A stretch of DNA of 55,565 bases, the filler included, from Bipalium vagum (taxonomy: Eukaryota): NCBI GenBank assembly GCA_037834085.1. It is 3 parts of 3 records of this genome, joined end to end, with 100 filler letters (N's around TTAATTAATTAA, not from the genome) between each part and the next. Parts side by side here need not be neighbours in the genome. Positions count along the whole stretch, not along the records: positions 19,201 to 38,561 come from JBBMKC010004509.1; positions 38,662 to 55,565 come from JBBMKC010087152.1; 1 more part is not named here. One strand, written 5' to 3'. The position numbers and the translations under genes were made by a program. Position 1 is the stretch's first letter; each line of letters begins with the position of its first letter. Below are positions 26,329 to 41,024 of this stretch, piece by piece. The notes under the pieces were generated by a model. It searched no databases. It was given only the letters and a program-made list of their open reading frames with translations, and had not been told where the DNA came from.

Positions 26329-29300
26329 GGAGCATAAGATGGAATGAAATGAAGAGGGAAGATGATTATTCTATAAATTCACAATACTTATTCTCAATGA
26401 AAAACAATTCTCTAAACTTAACATGATAGCACTCTGAAGATTTTGTTTGAAAAAAAAAATAATTTTGGTAATATTAAATTTTGGTAAAAAATATTAAAAA
26501 AAAATTGAATTAATTAATATTATTGAATACAAACTTTAAAATAAGAATTTATCAAAAAACCTATTCCATTTTCCGTTCAATTTCTTTGGCTTCATTAATA
26601 AATAATAAATTAATAATTTACTTCTCCCAGAAATTTGAGGTTTGCCCAAAATTTATAAAAAAAATTTTCTACGGGTAATGATTAATTGGGAAATATAATT
26701 GATAATTTTTTTCTTTATCTTGCCCTTTTTGAAGTGTACAGATATTGATTAATTGATAAAAAGGCCTGATTTTAATGTCTCCTTATGTAAAATAGGATGA
26801 TTAAAATAAAAATGTAGTTTAGTTTCTAGGGAGTTGGGTGTTGTAACTATGACATCATTATTTATTCTTTATTATTATTATTATTTATTTTTTAAACTTT
26901 GTCATATGTATCGATAGATGATTACATTCATGACGTCTAAATTAACATACAAAATTAGCTGTTAATGTTGTATGAGTCTAATATTTTATTTGCTAATAGT
27001 ATTATTTATTTTATGAAACAATTTTCGAACCTTTTATCAGTTCTTCAAGACAGAAATAATATTAAATACTTTAAATTTTAATTACTTAAATATTTTATTT
27101 TAATAAATTATCACATCTTTTATCACATACGTTAAGAAAACAGAAGCAATCAATTAGGTTTTAAACTTACCATTCTTTATATTGATTTCTGGCTTTCCTC
27201 TTCTAATCAGAAATGGCCAATAGATTTCTTTCATCACTTTCACCATGTTAGCTTGCAGTGTTGTGGACATTGGTGTTTTAATTTTTAAATAAGTTTTTGT
27301 TTAAGCTGCTAGTGGCACAATAATTATTATTTAGTTATAATATCAATGCAAATTAGTCGTATAAATCAAATTTAGAAGCAATGAAATTTTATATTAAATA
27401 CGAAAGCTACTTTATTTGTGCTTATTATTATATTGTCCCATAAAACGTTTTTAGTTATAAAAAATTAATGATACATTTTTTTGTATATGAAGAGATATAA
27501 AATACTTTATTACTATTTTAAAATTCACTTAGTACTCTAAATATAGTAGTGAGAATTTTTTGTATAAATTTGTTTTAATGACCTATTTTTAGCACTAAGC
27601 AACACCATAAAAAATGAGATTTTAGTAATTTTATGACATTATTGGAAAAATTTTTTTTCGTGTCAGTAGCCAACCATTTTATTGTAGAAGTTGAATATCC
27701 AGGTGCAAAGTTCAAATCTGGTGACACAAATCTCCAACGTTAACTTGATTGCAAAAGGGTATCCTTGTATGATGAAAATATCTTGAAAAAAAATGTTAAA
27801 TCCAGTCCATTGCAATCAATTAGTCAATTAATTGATTCTTCAAATTCATCACCAAAAACATCTTCATTCTATTGGGAAAAAAGAAATTATATACAGCTTT
27901 TCGAGTCAACCATAAGCCATGGGTGGTATAAAAATATGAAAAATCCTAAACATTTTTTGTTGAAAAATGACAAAATCTCAATATTATCATCACTATATTG
28001 ATAATAAGTGAAAATCTCACCCAAGTTTGAAGATGTTAAGAGTCGTGAACCACACGATGGAAATAAATAAATAAGTTTAAAACTAAAGAAATTGGGTAAA
28101 AAAATCCTAAAGTAAAACTTTATTCACATACTTTTCTTTTTGTTCCTTTCTTCAAACCAAAAGAACTTTTTAGAAAAATCGTCTTTTACAAAATAATATA
28201 ATGGAAAAAAATATTCATTATTTAAAAGAAAAACAAACCAAATGTACATTTACAAATTATTTAATATTTTACAACATATTTATGATATAACTTTAAAACA
28301 AAATCGATTCATTAATATTAATGATCACGACAAAGGAACAGGAATTAAATTGACATAATATTTCAAATAATTTTGCAATTTTCATTAATTTTATTATTTT
28401 TCACTTTTCATTTAAAATTTAATTTTTTTACGGTACTTTAAAAATCATTTTAAAATATAATAATAATAATAATAATAATAATATATTATTATTATTTTAT
28501 TTACCTATTACAGCTTTATAAAATATTAAAAATTTTTTGTTATTTTATTTAACTATTCAAGTTGGTAATTTTATAAATTTTTAATATTTTAAAATCAATA
28601 TTGTAATGGAATAATCAATTATAATAAATAATTCTGAATAATAAAATAATATTTTAACAAAGAAATGAGATAACGATTATGTTTTATTACAAGTGAAAAA
28701 TTATCAATAGCAAAAACAACAAAAATAATAATAGTAATAAAATAATACAGGGAACAATATTAATAATAATAATAGAAATATATAAAGTAATAACAATGAT
28801 GATTATAAAAATAATATATATATATAAAAGTAATTCGTGTTAGCTAGATGAGGTAAAATAATTTCTGTAATATTACAATTAGATTTCTGTTGCTAAAGTT
28901 AAAATATGTGAAATTGTCTTAAATATTAGATTACGGTAGTCTATGTAATTTATGAAATACAGCATTGAATAATTTTCCTATACATTTTTCTCTAATAAAA
29001 TTCCTTTTAAATATTGAATAAAAAACGATATTTATTTTATTATTTTAATGGAAAATAAAATCCCTTTGTTAAGCAATAATTAAAATATTTATAAAAAATA
29101 TCAAAATCTAATTTACGTACATATTTTCTAGAAAAAACAATTAAAGTGGTAAAAAAGGAAAATAAGAATTATTTATGGAAAAAAATGCTGTGGACTTTAG
29201 ATTATTGAAATCGAAAAATGAGGCTTGAAAATAAAAGAAATTCTCTTTATATATATATTTTTTATATTTATATTTATATATATTATGCATTTTTATTTTT

Positions 29301-30462
29301 GTTTATATTTGAATATGATAGGAATTAAATATTATATATATTTGTTGAAATCAGTCGTCAGATTGATTGAGAGTTCCAAATTAAAGCCTGGATGGTCATG
29401 GACATTTAATTACTTGTGTATTGTTCTCAGACGTCGATTGTTTTTTGTATACTACACATAGTGTACCCTGTGAGTGAGTGTTTTTTATCTCCCTCTATAA
29501 AACAAGGCAATACTGAAAAATTTTATTTCAAAGTCTTACACAAGAAACACAAGCTAATTGTAAATTCTTGGGAATAATTTTACTTATTTATCTGTTAATT
29601 ATATAAACTATGATAAAAGAAAGGTTTCATTTTCTTAATATCTACAGTTATCTAGAAATAAGCCGAAATCTTCATATTCATATTGAGAGTATTCTGGTAA
29701 GTAACAGAAGCTGTTAAAGAAAAGATTCTCTCAATTATTGTCAAATATAAAAATTCATAATATTAATTTTTAGAAAATAATAAATTTTTATTATTATGAT
29801 CTTTTGTTGTCAGTAAAATCTGATACAGATCAAATAATAATTAATAAATAATAAAGAAGAAATTGCAATTTTCATCATTCTTTCAATTGATGAAATAAAG
29901 CGAATATCTTCATCTATTTTTCACAATTTTTCAAATCAATTAATATTAAAAAAGGAATAATATAACAACTATTCAGATTAATACATGTGGATAAAACCAA
30001 AATTTTTACTTAGAAATATGCAATTCAAAATTAAACTAATATATAAAATAAATATATTATATTATAATTAAAAAAAATATTTCGACTTCCTTTCGCTGCT
30101 TTGTGACCAAGTTTAAACTCAGAAAAATTGCACGTAATTTATCATTTTCAATGTTTTCTTAAAATTCTCATAATAAAATTTTAAAAAATTAATTTATGAT
30201 GAAATGCTTACAGAAATATAACTTAGACTGAAGACTTTAAATGATATATTTATTTCAAACAACAACATTTTTAAATAATGTTAAATAAAGTAGATTTATA
30301 AAAACCGACATTCATATTTAAACAACCTATTTAATATTATTGAAAATAAATAAATATTTTATTAATCAATAAGTAAATTATTTATTCAAAATTAATAATT
30401 ATTTATTTAATAATATTTGTCCAACTAATTTTTATAAAATTTAAAAAGTTTCTTATAAAAAT

Positions 30463-31200
30463 ATTAGGTTGAGGGAAAAGTATTGTTGTTTATTCATCTT
30501 AAAAATGAAAAGTCGATAAGTCACTATAAAAATGTTTTATTAATCAAAATATGCACCTTTTGGCGTCTACAACACTTTGCAACGTTCTATGGGTTTCTTT
30601 AAACCGTTTCTGAAAAAGCCCAGGTCACGAGATTCATTAAAAGAAGCGAAGGTATGTTGAACATCATCCTGATTTTTGAACTGCTTATTTTCTTAGGAAA
30701 TTGTCAAGTGACAGGAATAGATGATAATCTGTGGGAAATATATTTGGGGAATAAAGTGGGTTAGATAATGTTTCGTGCGAGTTAATTTAGCATCGTGTGG
30801 CCCAGCGTTATCATGCAAACCTAAGGGACTGACGCGATTCATCAATGCAGAATAGTTTTGCTTCAATTTTCAGTTGAACCAACGCTGAGCATTTCGTTTA
30901 GTAACTGAATCCTTACCTCATGCTGGACAAATATTTCGCGCAGTCTCTGATGCATTTTTCTTTAACTTATAAGCATAAAGTAAGAAAGTTCTAATTTTCG
31001 CTGTTGTCATTGTCTGTTAAATAGCGTTTTATATTATTAAAACTAACATAAAATAATAAAATTAAGTTTTAATTTAATAGAGGCTTACCTGTCCTATTAT
31101 TATTTATCAATAAATATAAAAATATTAGTCGATATTTTAAAATATTTTTTCTTTTAAGTTAGTATATGAAAAGCAAAAATACTTTTCCATGAATCTAACA
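30463..31200 (-). mobile_element. Internally deleted mariner with both TIRs
   Basis: N-terminus MTTAKIRTFLLYAYKL..NASETARNIC and C-terminal HDNAGPH...PTDYHLF...RCKVL. TIRs ATTAGGTTGAGGGAAAAGTATT and reverse complement GTTAGATTCATGGAAAAGTATT. Confidence 0.82.
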
Positions 31201-31224
31201 ACTTGAAATCTTCCATTAAATGAA

Positions 31225-31760
31225 ATTATTGTGTTCAAATGATTTTAAAGTGATCTGAATATGTAGTAGTCCGATGTAGCTACACAGAGTGGGTACAGTG
31301 GTTGCTGCATTAATTTCCAACTGAAGTCCTTCAGTATGAGTTTTTTCATGAAAGCAATATGTGGTTTAGCATTTTTCACGTGAAAGACTACATTCTTACT
31401 TTTCACCAATTCTGATTTTTTTTTAAGTACCTTATTTTTCAATTTTTCAGGCTGAGCACAATACTTTGCAGCTTTGTTGGTTTGATCATTTGAAACAGTT
31501 TGTAATAAATGATGTCCTTCCAATCCCACAAAATACATAATATCACTTTCTTAGAATTCCAATCTAGTTTTGCAGCTGCTTTTGGTGACTTACCTGGACC
31601 ACAATATGATCACTTTCACTTAATTTTATCGTACAAAACGCATTTATTGGTCCAGGTTATTCCATTTCTAAAGCGATTACAGAATGTATTCCATTAAGAG
31701 AGATTCAAATACCATGGTCGATTTTATGTGTTTCTATCTGTCAAATTATATTGCCTGCCA
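31225..31760 (-). mobile_element. Mariner catalytic-domain fragment
   Basis: ORF 31538-31245: KYCAQ.EKLK...NVVFHVKNAKPH...WKLMQQPLYPL.VATSDYYIFRSL. Confidence 0.8.
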
Positions 31761-32708
31761 TATTCAATAATAACAAATAAATAATTATATTTTTATAACA
31801 TTAAAAAACATACTGAATTTTGCAATTATGAAAGCCAGTTTATATATTGAAAGTACACCAATTTGAAGGATATAAGACTCACTATTTATCAGTTTGTTAA
31901 GAATTGAAACTCCATAACAACATTTAGTTCTGTGGGATGTGGGTCTAGAAACCGAATATTAATGTGAATTTTTAACTATTCGTTGTCTGTGACTGACATC
32001 TTTAAATAAATAGTAAAATATAAACTATTTAAACTAAACAATTATAAAATAATTGGAGTTCTTTAAAAAATGTCTTTATAGTAATATCTGTATCTCAACC
32101 GATATTTGTTTCACAATCTATATTAAAATTAAATTTATGATTCCAGTCTAGTTCCAAAACCAAAAGTTTTTCTCTGATTGATTAAAATTGAAATTTTTTC
32201 GACAGTAGAGAATAATGATGATAGAACAAACATATCCATTTTACTAGTTTGTAGTGTTTTCAAAAGCACGAAAACCCATCTTAAAAGCTGAGAAAACCTG
32301 AAGGTCTTAATGTCAAATATCTTAAAAAGAAAAGTAAAGAAGTTCTACTTTTTCAGAACAGAGTTTATTTTTCTCTGAGGTCTCCTAAACCCTCATAGAT
32401 ATGAAAAGTGAAAACCTCAAAACCTTCTGATATATTGGGTTAGCCTGGTAATAATTTATAAACAAAACTAAGGTCCTATTTGTCAATGAAGGAAAAAAAA
32501 ATCACTACAAAGAATTCATTGTGTGATTTCTTTGAAAATATACTTCCATGGAGCAGTAAAACTTGTGCAATGCTATAGTAGGTTAACCAAAGAAATTTGA
32601 ACTAAAACAACTTCAGATTTTTCCATTTCCTAGGTCTCCGTAGTTTGTCAAGTTTTTTCATTATTATTCTTTTTCACTTATTTCATTATTTCGTTGTGCA
32701 TTTTATTA

Positions 32709-34300
32709 TATTAGGTTGTTCAGAAAGTTTTGCACGTGTTTATTTATATATACATCAAAATTGTAAATAATTCAAATAACTTATTTAAAGATCATTTAAT
32801 ATTATGTAGCATTTAAAGTATTAAACTGTTTTGGTCTTAAAATAAAGAACATAGCAAAGCAAACCACGCATAAATTGAAAAATTATGAAATTCTGCCACA
32901 TCCACCGTACTCGCTCAATTTCTCTCCAACTGATTTCATTAATTCAAACATTTACTGTGTATTGTAAGACAGTAATCTCGCATTTTTTGAACAAACAAAA
33001 GAAATATGAAACTATATGAAACAATCTTAAATTATGAATTTGCCTTATTATCAAGAAACTATTGCTATTTCCCAGAAATCATAAAAATCCTCGTTCATAG
33101 AAACAAACTGTAAGTCAGATTTGAGATCATTATCATTAAAAGTTTAAAAACTCAACATGTTTTGTATAGAACAAAACAAATGATAATCTGAAAGTACAAG
33201 GTCTAGACCATAGGGAAGATGTGGCAAATACGTTCCAACATAGGTTCAATAATTGGTTTTGCATTATCATGATGAAAAACAATGTGTTTTTGGTTTACTA
33301 ATTTAATTGCATTTTAATTGGATTTCAGTATTCAATTTTGTCAACTGATCAATGTAAATATCAGAATTAATCCTTTATCTGTTGATAAGAAAAACAGAAT
33401 CCCTTGATAATCTCACTAAATAGATTTCATAACTTTCTTTTGATGATTATCAGCATTTGGACAAAGTCTATATTGCTTCCTTGCACAATAATCTTTTCCA
33501 ATGAACATTATTGAAACCAATCAACTTTTATGGTTTTTTTCCAATTGTTTCAAAATAGACTATTTAGTTGCGTTTGATGAGCAAATTTCAGATTTCAAAG
33601 CGTTTCCTAATGTGACTTTCCTTAAATTGGTGAGGAATCAGTAAGGAATAGACTTTCTTCAAGTACCCGATATGCTTGATATGAAATAGCTTCTGCACGT
33701 GAAAAGATTTTGAGACAAATCTTGAATTCATTCTTTCCAGTCATTGAAAGAATATTTATCATTGCTGAAAGACACTCACTATTCAATTAAGAAATCTGCA
33801 TTTTTATTTCTGCTTAAAGATAGAAAAAGTGACTCAAAAATATTGGGTGATTTAAAAAGTTCTCACCGTTTTTTTAATGGATTATTCTAAATTGAGTTGC
33901 AAGCGATTAGTAAGTTCTAAATGCAATATTATTATTTAATAATATTATTCTAATATAAAATCAATTAAAATTTTAATTTATCGATATATTAATAATCTTT
34001 AATATCAAATATTTTAATAAACTAAATAAATGTCGCAAAAAATTCAAAGAAAGGAAGAAATTACGTACATTCTTAAATTTTATTTCCTGAAATGAGAAAA
34101 TGCCACCCGAGCGGTGAAAAAATATTTGAGTATTTGAACATTTTTTTATCTTAAATTAAATGACATATATTATAGTTGATTAGTATCGGAAATCATTTTT
34201 CTAGATCTCTTACTGAAAAAATGTCTGACAATAAACCAACAGAAGACCATCTCCGGAATCGCATGTTATTTGAGTAGAGCAACAATGGTTACTGGAAATA
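32709..34300. mobile_element. Cluster of mariner fragments in both orientations
   Basis: TIR-like TATTAGGTTGTTCAGAAAG at 32709. Plus strand YEILPHPPYSLNFSPTDF (~32885). Minus strand FHHDNAKP...FPMV*T (~33200-33280). Plus-strand N-termini at ~34030 (EEITYILKFYFLK*ENAT.A) and ~34220 (DHLRNRMLFE). Confidence 0.7.
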
Positions 34301-37300
34301 TTTTTGAGTTACATAATTTGCTCATTTTTAATACTGTAGTACAATCACATTGACGTGTACCCTTGTTTGTTTTAGTATATAGATTTAATCCATATCTGAT
34401 ATAAAATCTTATACAGATCTTTATAATCAATAGTTATATTTTAGTTGAATAGCAATAAATCTTTATGGTTTTTAGTTATTTTCACTAATTCTTATATTTT
34501 CTAATTTACTGTTTAATAAAATTTACAGTTAAATAACCATTAGTAACAACCTTGTATAAACTCATTAGAAGAAAATGGAACTGAAATAAATTTCAACAAA
34601 CACTATACTTGATATCATTGATTAAACAATATTAATGGATTGAAATTCGGTTTGGCCCCATTTTAGTTAAATAAGATATTTAGAAAAAATATTTTATTTC
34701 ACCTTTAAAATAATAATAATTGTTCCATTAAAACAAAACGAGACTAAAACGAATTTATCTGTATTAGATTTAGCTAAATATATTATTAGTTTATTATTAA
34801 CAGCTAATGCGAAAGTTAAATCAAATGTCAACCCTAACAAACAGTCCTTAAACGTGATAAGTGTGCAATTAATTGAAATAGTTAAACAAGTCTTTAATGT
34901 TCTAATTGCATAAAATTAAATTAACCTAAATGGTAAACATTTACTTGAATGCATTTCCTTCACTTAAAAATTATTTTGTCTCACTTATTATAAAATTTTA
35001 TGGTATCAGAAAGGTTTTTGAGACAGGTGAAATATATTTTTTTTATTCATCAGTTTCATTTTTATTTTTTTTAATATCAAAAGATAAAAGTCCAAACTGT
35101 AAAGATCCATATTAAAATAAATTAAAAAAATATTTATTTGTTTGTTTTAATTAATTATTTTAAATGAAATAGTTTTTCAATTTTATAAACATAAAATGCA
35201 TTAAAAAAAACAATAATTTACAATAGTATTAAAAGTTTTGTGCAATACCGTTTTCTGTTATGTCTTTCACTAGCTATATTAATATTCGAAGGTGTCCTAT
35301 TAATTATTGTAAATTAAATATTTATTAATTATATTTATTAATTTATATTTTTATAGAAATTTAATTTTGTTGGTAATATTAAATCAGTTTTAGATGTAAA
35401 ATATAATAAATATACATTTTGACAAGTTTCTAATATGTAAGAACCAGGCAATTAGTATTTATCGTCATTGTTTAAACTAGGTGAACAGATTTCGAGTGAT
35501 TCAAAATATATAATAAAAATATCTTACGTATTAAAATTATTAATAAAATTACTAATAGAATTATTAAATTGGTTTAAATACACTAATGTTTTAAAAATTT
35601 AACAAAATTTAATCTTAAACTTGAAAAAAATATTCGATTTTTAATATTATGTATTTTTATTTTATTTCATAGGCCGAATAAAGTATTAAATTATTATTGA
35701 GTACGTTATTATTATATTATCCCTGTTGAATATACTGTTAAAAACGAATTAAAAAAAAACAGAATATATTTTAATGAATTCATTATTGAGTACCTTTAAT
35801 TGTTTTAATTGCTAGAAATAAAATGTCCTCATAATTTAAAAAAATAGATGAAAAAATTCATAAAATTCAGATTACAAAGGATTTAGGATTATTTTTAAAA
35901 ATTATTATAATTTTTTCTATATTATATATCGTTTAACAATATTCTGATATAGCAATAAATTTCAAGTTTTATATCTATAAAGAGATTAATAAAATATTTA
36001 TTTTTCACCTAATATATTTCAAAACCAATAAAAGATATTTGGTTAATTTAGGAGATTTAAAAATATTAGATCAGTGATAAAAACAGGCTATAAAATCTGA
36101 CTCCATCACAATTGTGTAATGTCGACTTCGGAAGCTCTCTGGCTAATACAAACAAGACCAATGAATTAATAATAATTTTCAACGAAGAACCGACCCGACC
36201 CACCATTGAGGCATTTGTAGGACTGTGGATCAGTAATCAAGAATAACATATCCAATTCGTCGTGTCGTTCTTCAAAGGTTGCTTCAAATGGTTTTCTTTA
36301 AATCAAAGTATTCAAAATGAAAAAAAAGATTTTTTCTTATTTCCTGCTTTTATTAATAATTATTACTAAAATATGAAATTTAAAACTGATTGCGATTTAG
36401 CTCATTATTAAGCTCCTTATAATATATGCAACAGCAATACCTTCCCAGCTAAGTATTATTATTCTGAAAAGTATCAATTAAATATTATTAATAAAGTAAA
36501 ATAAGTATATTATTAATATTAATACTAGTATATATTAATATTAATATTAGTATATATTAATATTAATATTAGTACATATTAATATTAATATTATTAATTA
36601 TTATTATTATTTAATAATATTATTATTATTTAATATTTTTAATAAATTATTATTTATATTTTTATTATTCACATTTAAAAAAGATTTTATTTAGACAAAT
36701 TTCAAAGTAACATTTCAAAGAAAAATATATGTGAAAATTATTATATTTTGTTTCTAATTTGATTTATTTCTATACTGTTACAACATTTATAATTAATTTA
36801 TTATTTTTCCAATATTTGATGATAATAACAATGAAAATTTTGATCTATTGAATCTTTTCACACTTGATTTCACATTAAAAATTAAGATTCTTAAAAATTA
36901 TAAAAAAATAATTTTCATTGAAAAGTTAAATTTATTTTATAAAAACCGTTTGATTTTGTAATAATCTATTTTCTAGAAGAATGAATAAATCAGCTTTAAA
37001 TAGTAAAATTAAAAGTGAGTCTTCTTGTATTGAAATCTGCAAAACAAATTAAAAAAAAAAAATCGAAGAAAAAAGTAAATTTATAACTTGTAAATTTAAT
37101 ATTATTCATTACTGTTAGTAGCAGTAAGAAATTTATTTGTTTTAATCAATCTATTAAAATCTGCATTTCTCAAAACAAAATGACTTGTTTTCATTAAATT
37201 AATATTCAAATTGATTAATGAAATTAAAATTACTGGTTTCCACAATATCATTTATTCACGTGCTATTTTTGAAAAATATTTTATTATTTAAAAAAAATAA

Positions 37301-38561
37301 TATAAAAAAATAAAATAAAATAAATACAAATAAACATCATATTTTCAATTCAAATATATATAGTAAATTTATTTTAATAAATATAGAAAAAATCTTCAAA
37401 AATAATTTTTAAGAAAAACATACTCAAAGCAAAAATTTAATATTAAAAATAAATAAAATAAAAAAAATCAATTTTTTTGGTCAGAAATAATTTTCAACAA
37501 AAAGACGATTAAAACTATTTTAAATAACTAAATAGACTATGCAACAATACAATTTTCATGATCTCTGATGCAGTAATCTATAAAGTTTCTAAAATTACCA
37601 TTTCCATTGAATTTTGAACCGACCACCTGTTTACATTGGCAACGAGAAATTATCACTAATCGTTATAAACAAAACGGAAATCCAGTGAAACAAATTTGGG
37701 AAAAGTTTGCAAAATCACAAGAAAAGAAAAATACTTACTGAAATTTCATATTTAAAAATTAAAATTAAAAAATATATAATCAAGCTTTCTTATTTATCAA
37801 TATGGAATAGACCAATGACAGTTTTGCTTGATTTACTTTCTGCTCTCCCATGTAAATCATGTCTTTTTGTTCATTGTCGAACCAACCTGTCTATTATCGA
37901 AATGAAGCTGAGCAATAATTTTTTTGCTTCTTTGTCATGTTTGATTAGGTTTTATTATTTTCTGTTTCTGATTCATAATTAAATAATATTTAGCAAGATA
38001 TATTAATAATAATATTATTATTTATTTATTTTTTATTTTTACAATTTCAGTCTGTATGCTAAAATTTCCTCCGTATTATTATGATTATTATTTTCGATAT
38101 AATTAATGAATTATAAATTGTTTCATTGGATCACTGGTTTCGTTTGTACATCACAGTTTCAATATATGATCACAGACGCTTGAGATCTTTGTGTGAAAAA
38201 TATAACAATAATTTTGGGATTAAAAAGAGGTTGTTTTAATGTTAATTTCTCACCGGATTTTATGATTACAATTTAGTTCTGGGTTTTCTTTATTTTCTTT
38301 TAATCATTTGGATGAATAGATTATTGCTTTTATGTATCCTTTATAACATGAATTGTAATTCAGTAGATATTTAATTAAAAATGAAAGAAAAGAAAATACA
38401 TCAAGCAAATATTTTATTCATGTAAACTGGGTAAAAATTATATTATTATTATTGTTGTTAATATTATTAATAACATTATTATTATTATTACTATTATTAA
38501 TATTATATTATTAATATTAATATCAATATGAATATCAATATTACTATTATCATTATTGTAA

Positions 38562-38661
38562 NNNNNNNNNNNNNNNNNNNNNNNNNNNNNNNNNNNNNNN
38601 NNNNNTTAATTAATTAANNNNNNNNNNNNNNNNNNNNNNNNNNNNNNNNNNNNNNNNNNNN
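38562..38661. other. Assembly gap (100 nt) with artificial TTAATTAATTAA linker
   Basis: N-run with the linker at 38606-38617. Confidence 0.97.
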
Positions 38662-39119
38662 AAAATCACAAAAGTTAAGACAATGATCATTAAGATGGAA
38701 AATGGTAAAATATAATAGTAATAATAATATAATATTTATACCATTTATACATACATGGAAATGTTATCAGCGCAGAGGTTAAAGCATCAACATACAATTG
38801 TAAGGAGCCAGTTAAACAATAAAATGATTATTATCACCGTTGGCATACAATAAACATTATATTTATTATACAAAACAGGTTTTTAATTAAAACACTTTTG
38901 TGTTCAATAACAACACAAAAATACTGTTTTTCTGAAGTACTGTTGTAAATAATGCTTTTATTCATATAGCAAATTGTCGATACTTAAGTAGTTAGCCTAA
39001 TGTAGAAAGATTAATGTAAATTAAGAAATATTTTAATTATATAAAGTGCAATATATTATAGGTTAATGTAAGATATTGGTTTTAATTTATTATTTTATGT
39101 TTATCAGGTAAATCGCTTT

Positions 39120-40209
39120 TTTTTAAATGTCTGTAGAAAATTTGCAATTTCGGAGCAAATAAAGGTCGAGAAGAAATTCAAAAGTAATTAGATGATGTTT
39201 ACGGTGACCAAAGTCATTCATGGGCCACGACAAACCGATGGTACAATGAATTTAAAGCTGGAAGAACTTCCGTGAAGAACATAGAAAAATCAGGAAGGCT
39301 ATTCGAAATCAGCGAAAAAATAACGAAAAACCTACATGAAATTATAAAAAATGAGAGAAGAATCACAACCAGAGAACTCATTGTGCGTCTAAATGTTAGC
39401 AAAGTTACTATTCAGTCATTTTTGGCAAGTAGTGGTATCAGAAAGCTGTGCTCACGATTTGCTAACTGCTGATATGCAACCTCACCGTTTAGAGTGCTGC
39501 CAACAGAATCTGAAAACTGTACAACTTGTTGGTGACCACGTGCTGGATACCATCATCACCATAAAAAAACGCCTATATCTCTCTATATTCCGGAGTCTAG
39601 AAGGGAATCAAAAGAATAGAAACTTACAGGAGAGACCAGTTCAAGAAAGATGAAGATATCATCAGACAAAAAAGCTCTAATGCTCTCCGTTTTGGGATGC
39701 TAATGGCGTGATTCTTACCGATTTTGCTGAATCACGTGTTTGTCTCAACAGTGAATACTATATCAACGTTGTGCGAAAAGCTGGGACACTGAGAAGGATG
39801 AGCCGAGTCTCTGAATTGTATTATCTGCATGACAACGCATCTATTCACATTAGTGGGTTGTCAACAACAACAATTAAGGATTGTGGCTTGATTCTGCTCC
39901 CACATCATCCCTATAGTCCAGACTTAGCTCCTTCCGATGTTTTCTTGTTCAAACACCTCAATCAGAAGCTAAGATGTACAAAATTTTCATCAAAAGACAA
40001 TTTGCAGAAGACTTTTACTGATTATCTGAACCACAAATCTCCCAATTTCTTCAAAAATGCCTTCTTGTAACTTGTCACTCACTGGAAAAATGTGTTGACG
40101 TTTCTGAGAACTTTAGTGAAAAATAATTACCTGTATATATTCATTGTTAATAATAAATATTTGTTTTGTGATCGTTTCCATAGGCTCAGTACTTATTGGG
40201 CACACCACG
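39120..40209 (+). mobile_element. Degenerate mariner (irritans-like)
   Basis: VYGD..SWATTNRWYNEFKAGRTS, RKLCSRF, YLHDNASIH, LLPHHPYSPDLAPSDVFLF. 3' TIR-like GGCTCAGTACTTATTGGGCACACCACG. Confidence 0.88.
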
Positions 40210-41024
40210 ATGTCAAGAATAATGCTGATAAATTTTTTGTTAATATTCATCATAACTCCTTTTGTACCCCACATTTGTACTCTTTTGAGTGAAAAAGACA
40301 TTTTTTATAAAGATTTTTCCAAAATGGTTTTTTTCCATGTTTTGGATTGTTCCAGACAAATGAGGGTTCTGTCAACACTCAATGTTTGTGAAAAGAAGAG
40401 GAGATTAATTAGATTTTAAAAACCATAACTTATTTTAATGAAGATCCACAAATAGGTTTAATTGAATTTCTTTTATAATTACTTTCATTTTTTTTATTCC
40501 ATATTTACTTTTATTTAAATATGGAATAAAAATATTTTGCTTTTTAAGGTCATATTTTAAATCTATTGCACAGAGGAACGGAACAATCCACTCATTTTTA
40601 CGAGCATGTTCCTGTCGAGAGTCAAGTCATTGTACACCATTTTTTTAATTTTATTATTATTTTCAATTGTTCTCCTCTCTAATCGTTTTCTAGAGCCTTT
40701 TCTATGATGAAAACCATCCTTTCATTCAGAAAACTGCTGTTCGCAAATTCTCCGAGTGTTTGACAAAGAAATAATGTCGGAATTGTAATGAGTTTTATTA
40801 GCAAATAGATTTTATTTCTTAAATCAGTGAACCTAGATAAATGTATTTTCTATTCCTTTTAAAATCAATATTTCATTTTCATGTTGCCCAATATATTTCT
40901 GAAATAAGCGAAACTTTGTTGGATCACCCTTAATATATTGTGTTTATAAATAAATAATTATTATATTAACAAAAATAAATTTTTTATCGAAATTTTTTAC
41001 TTTTCTCAACGAATTTTTCAAAAG

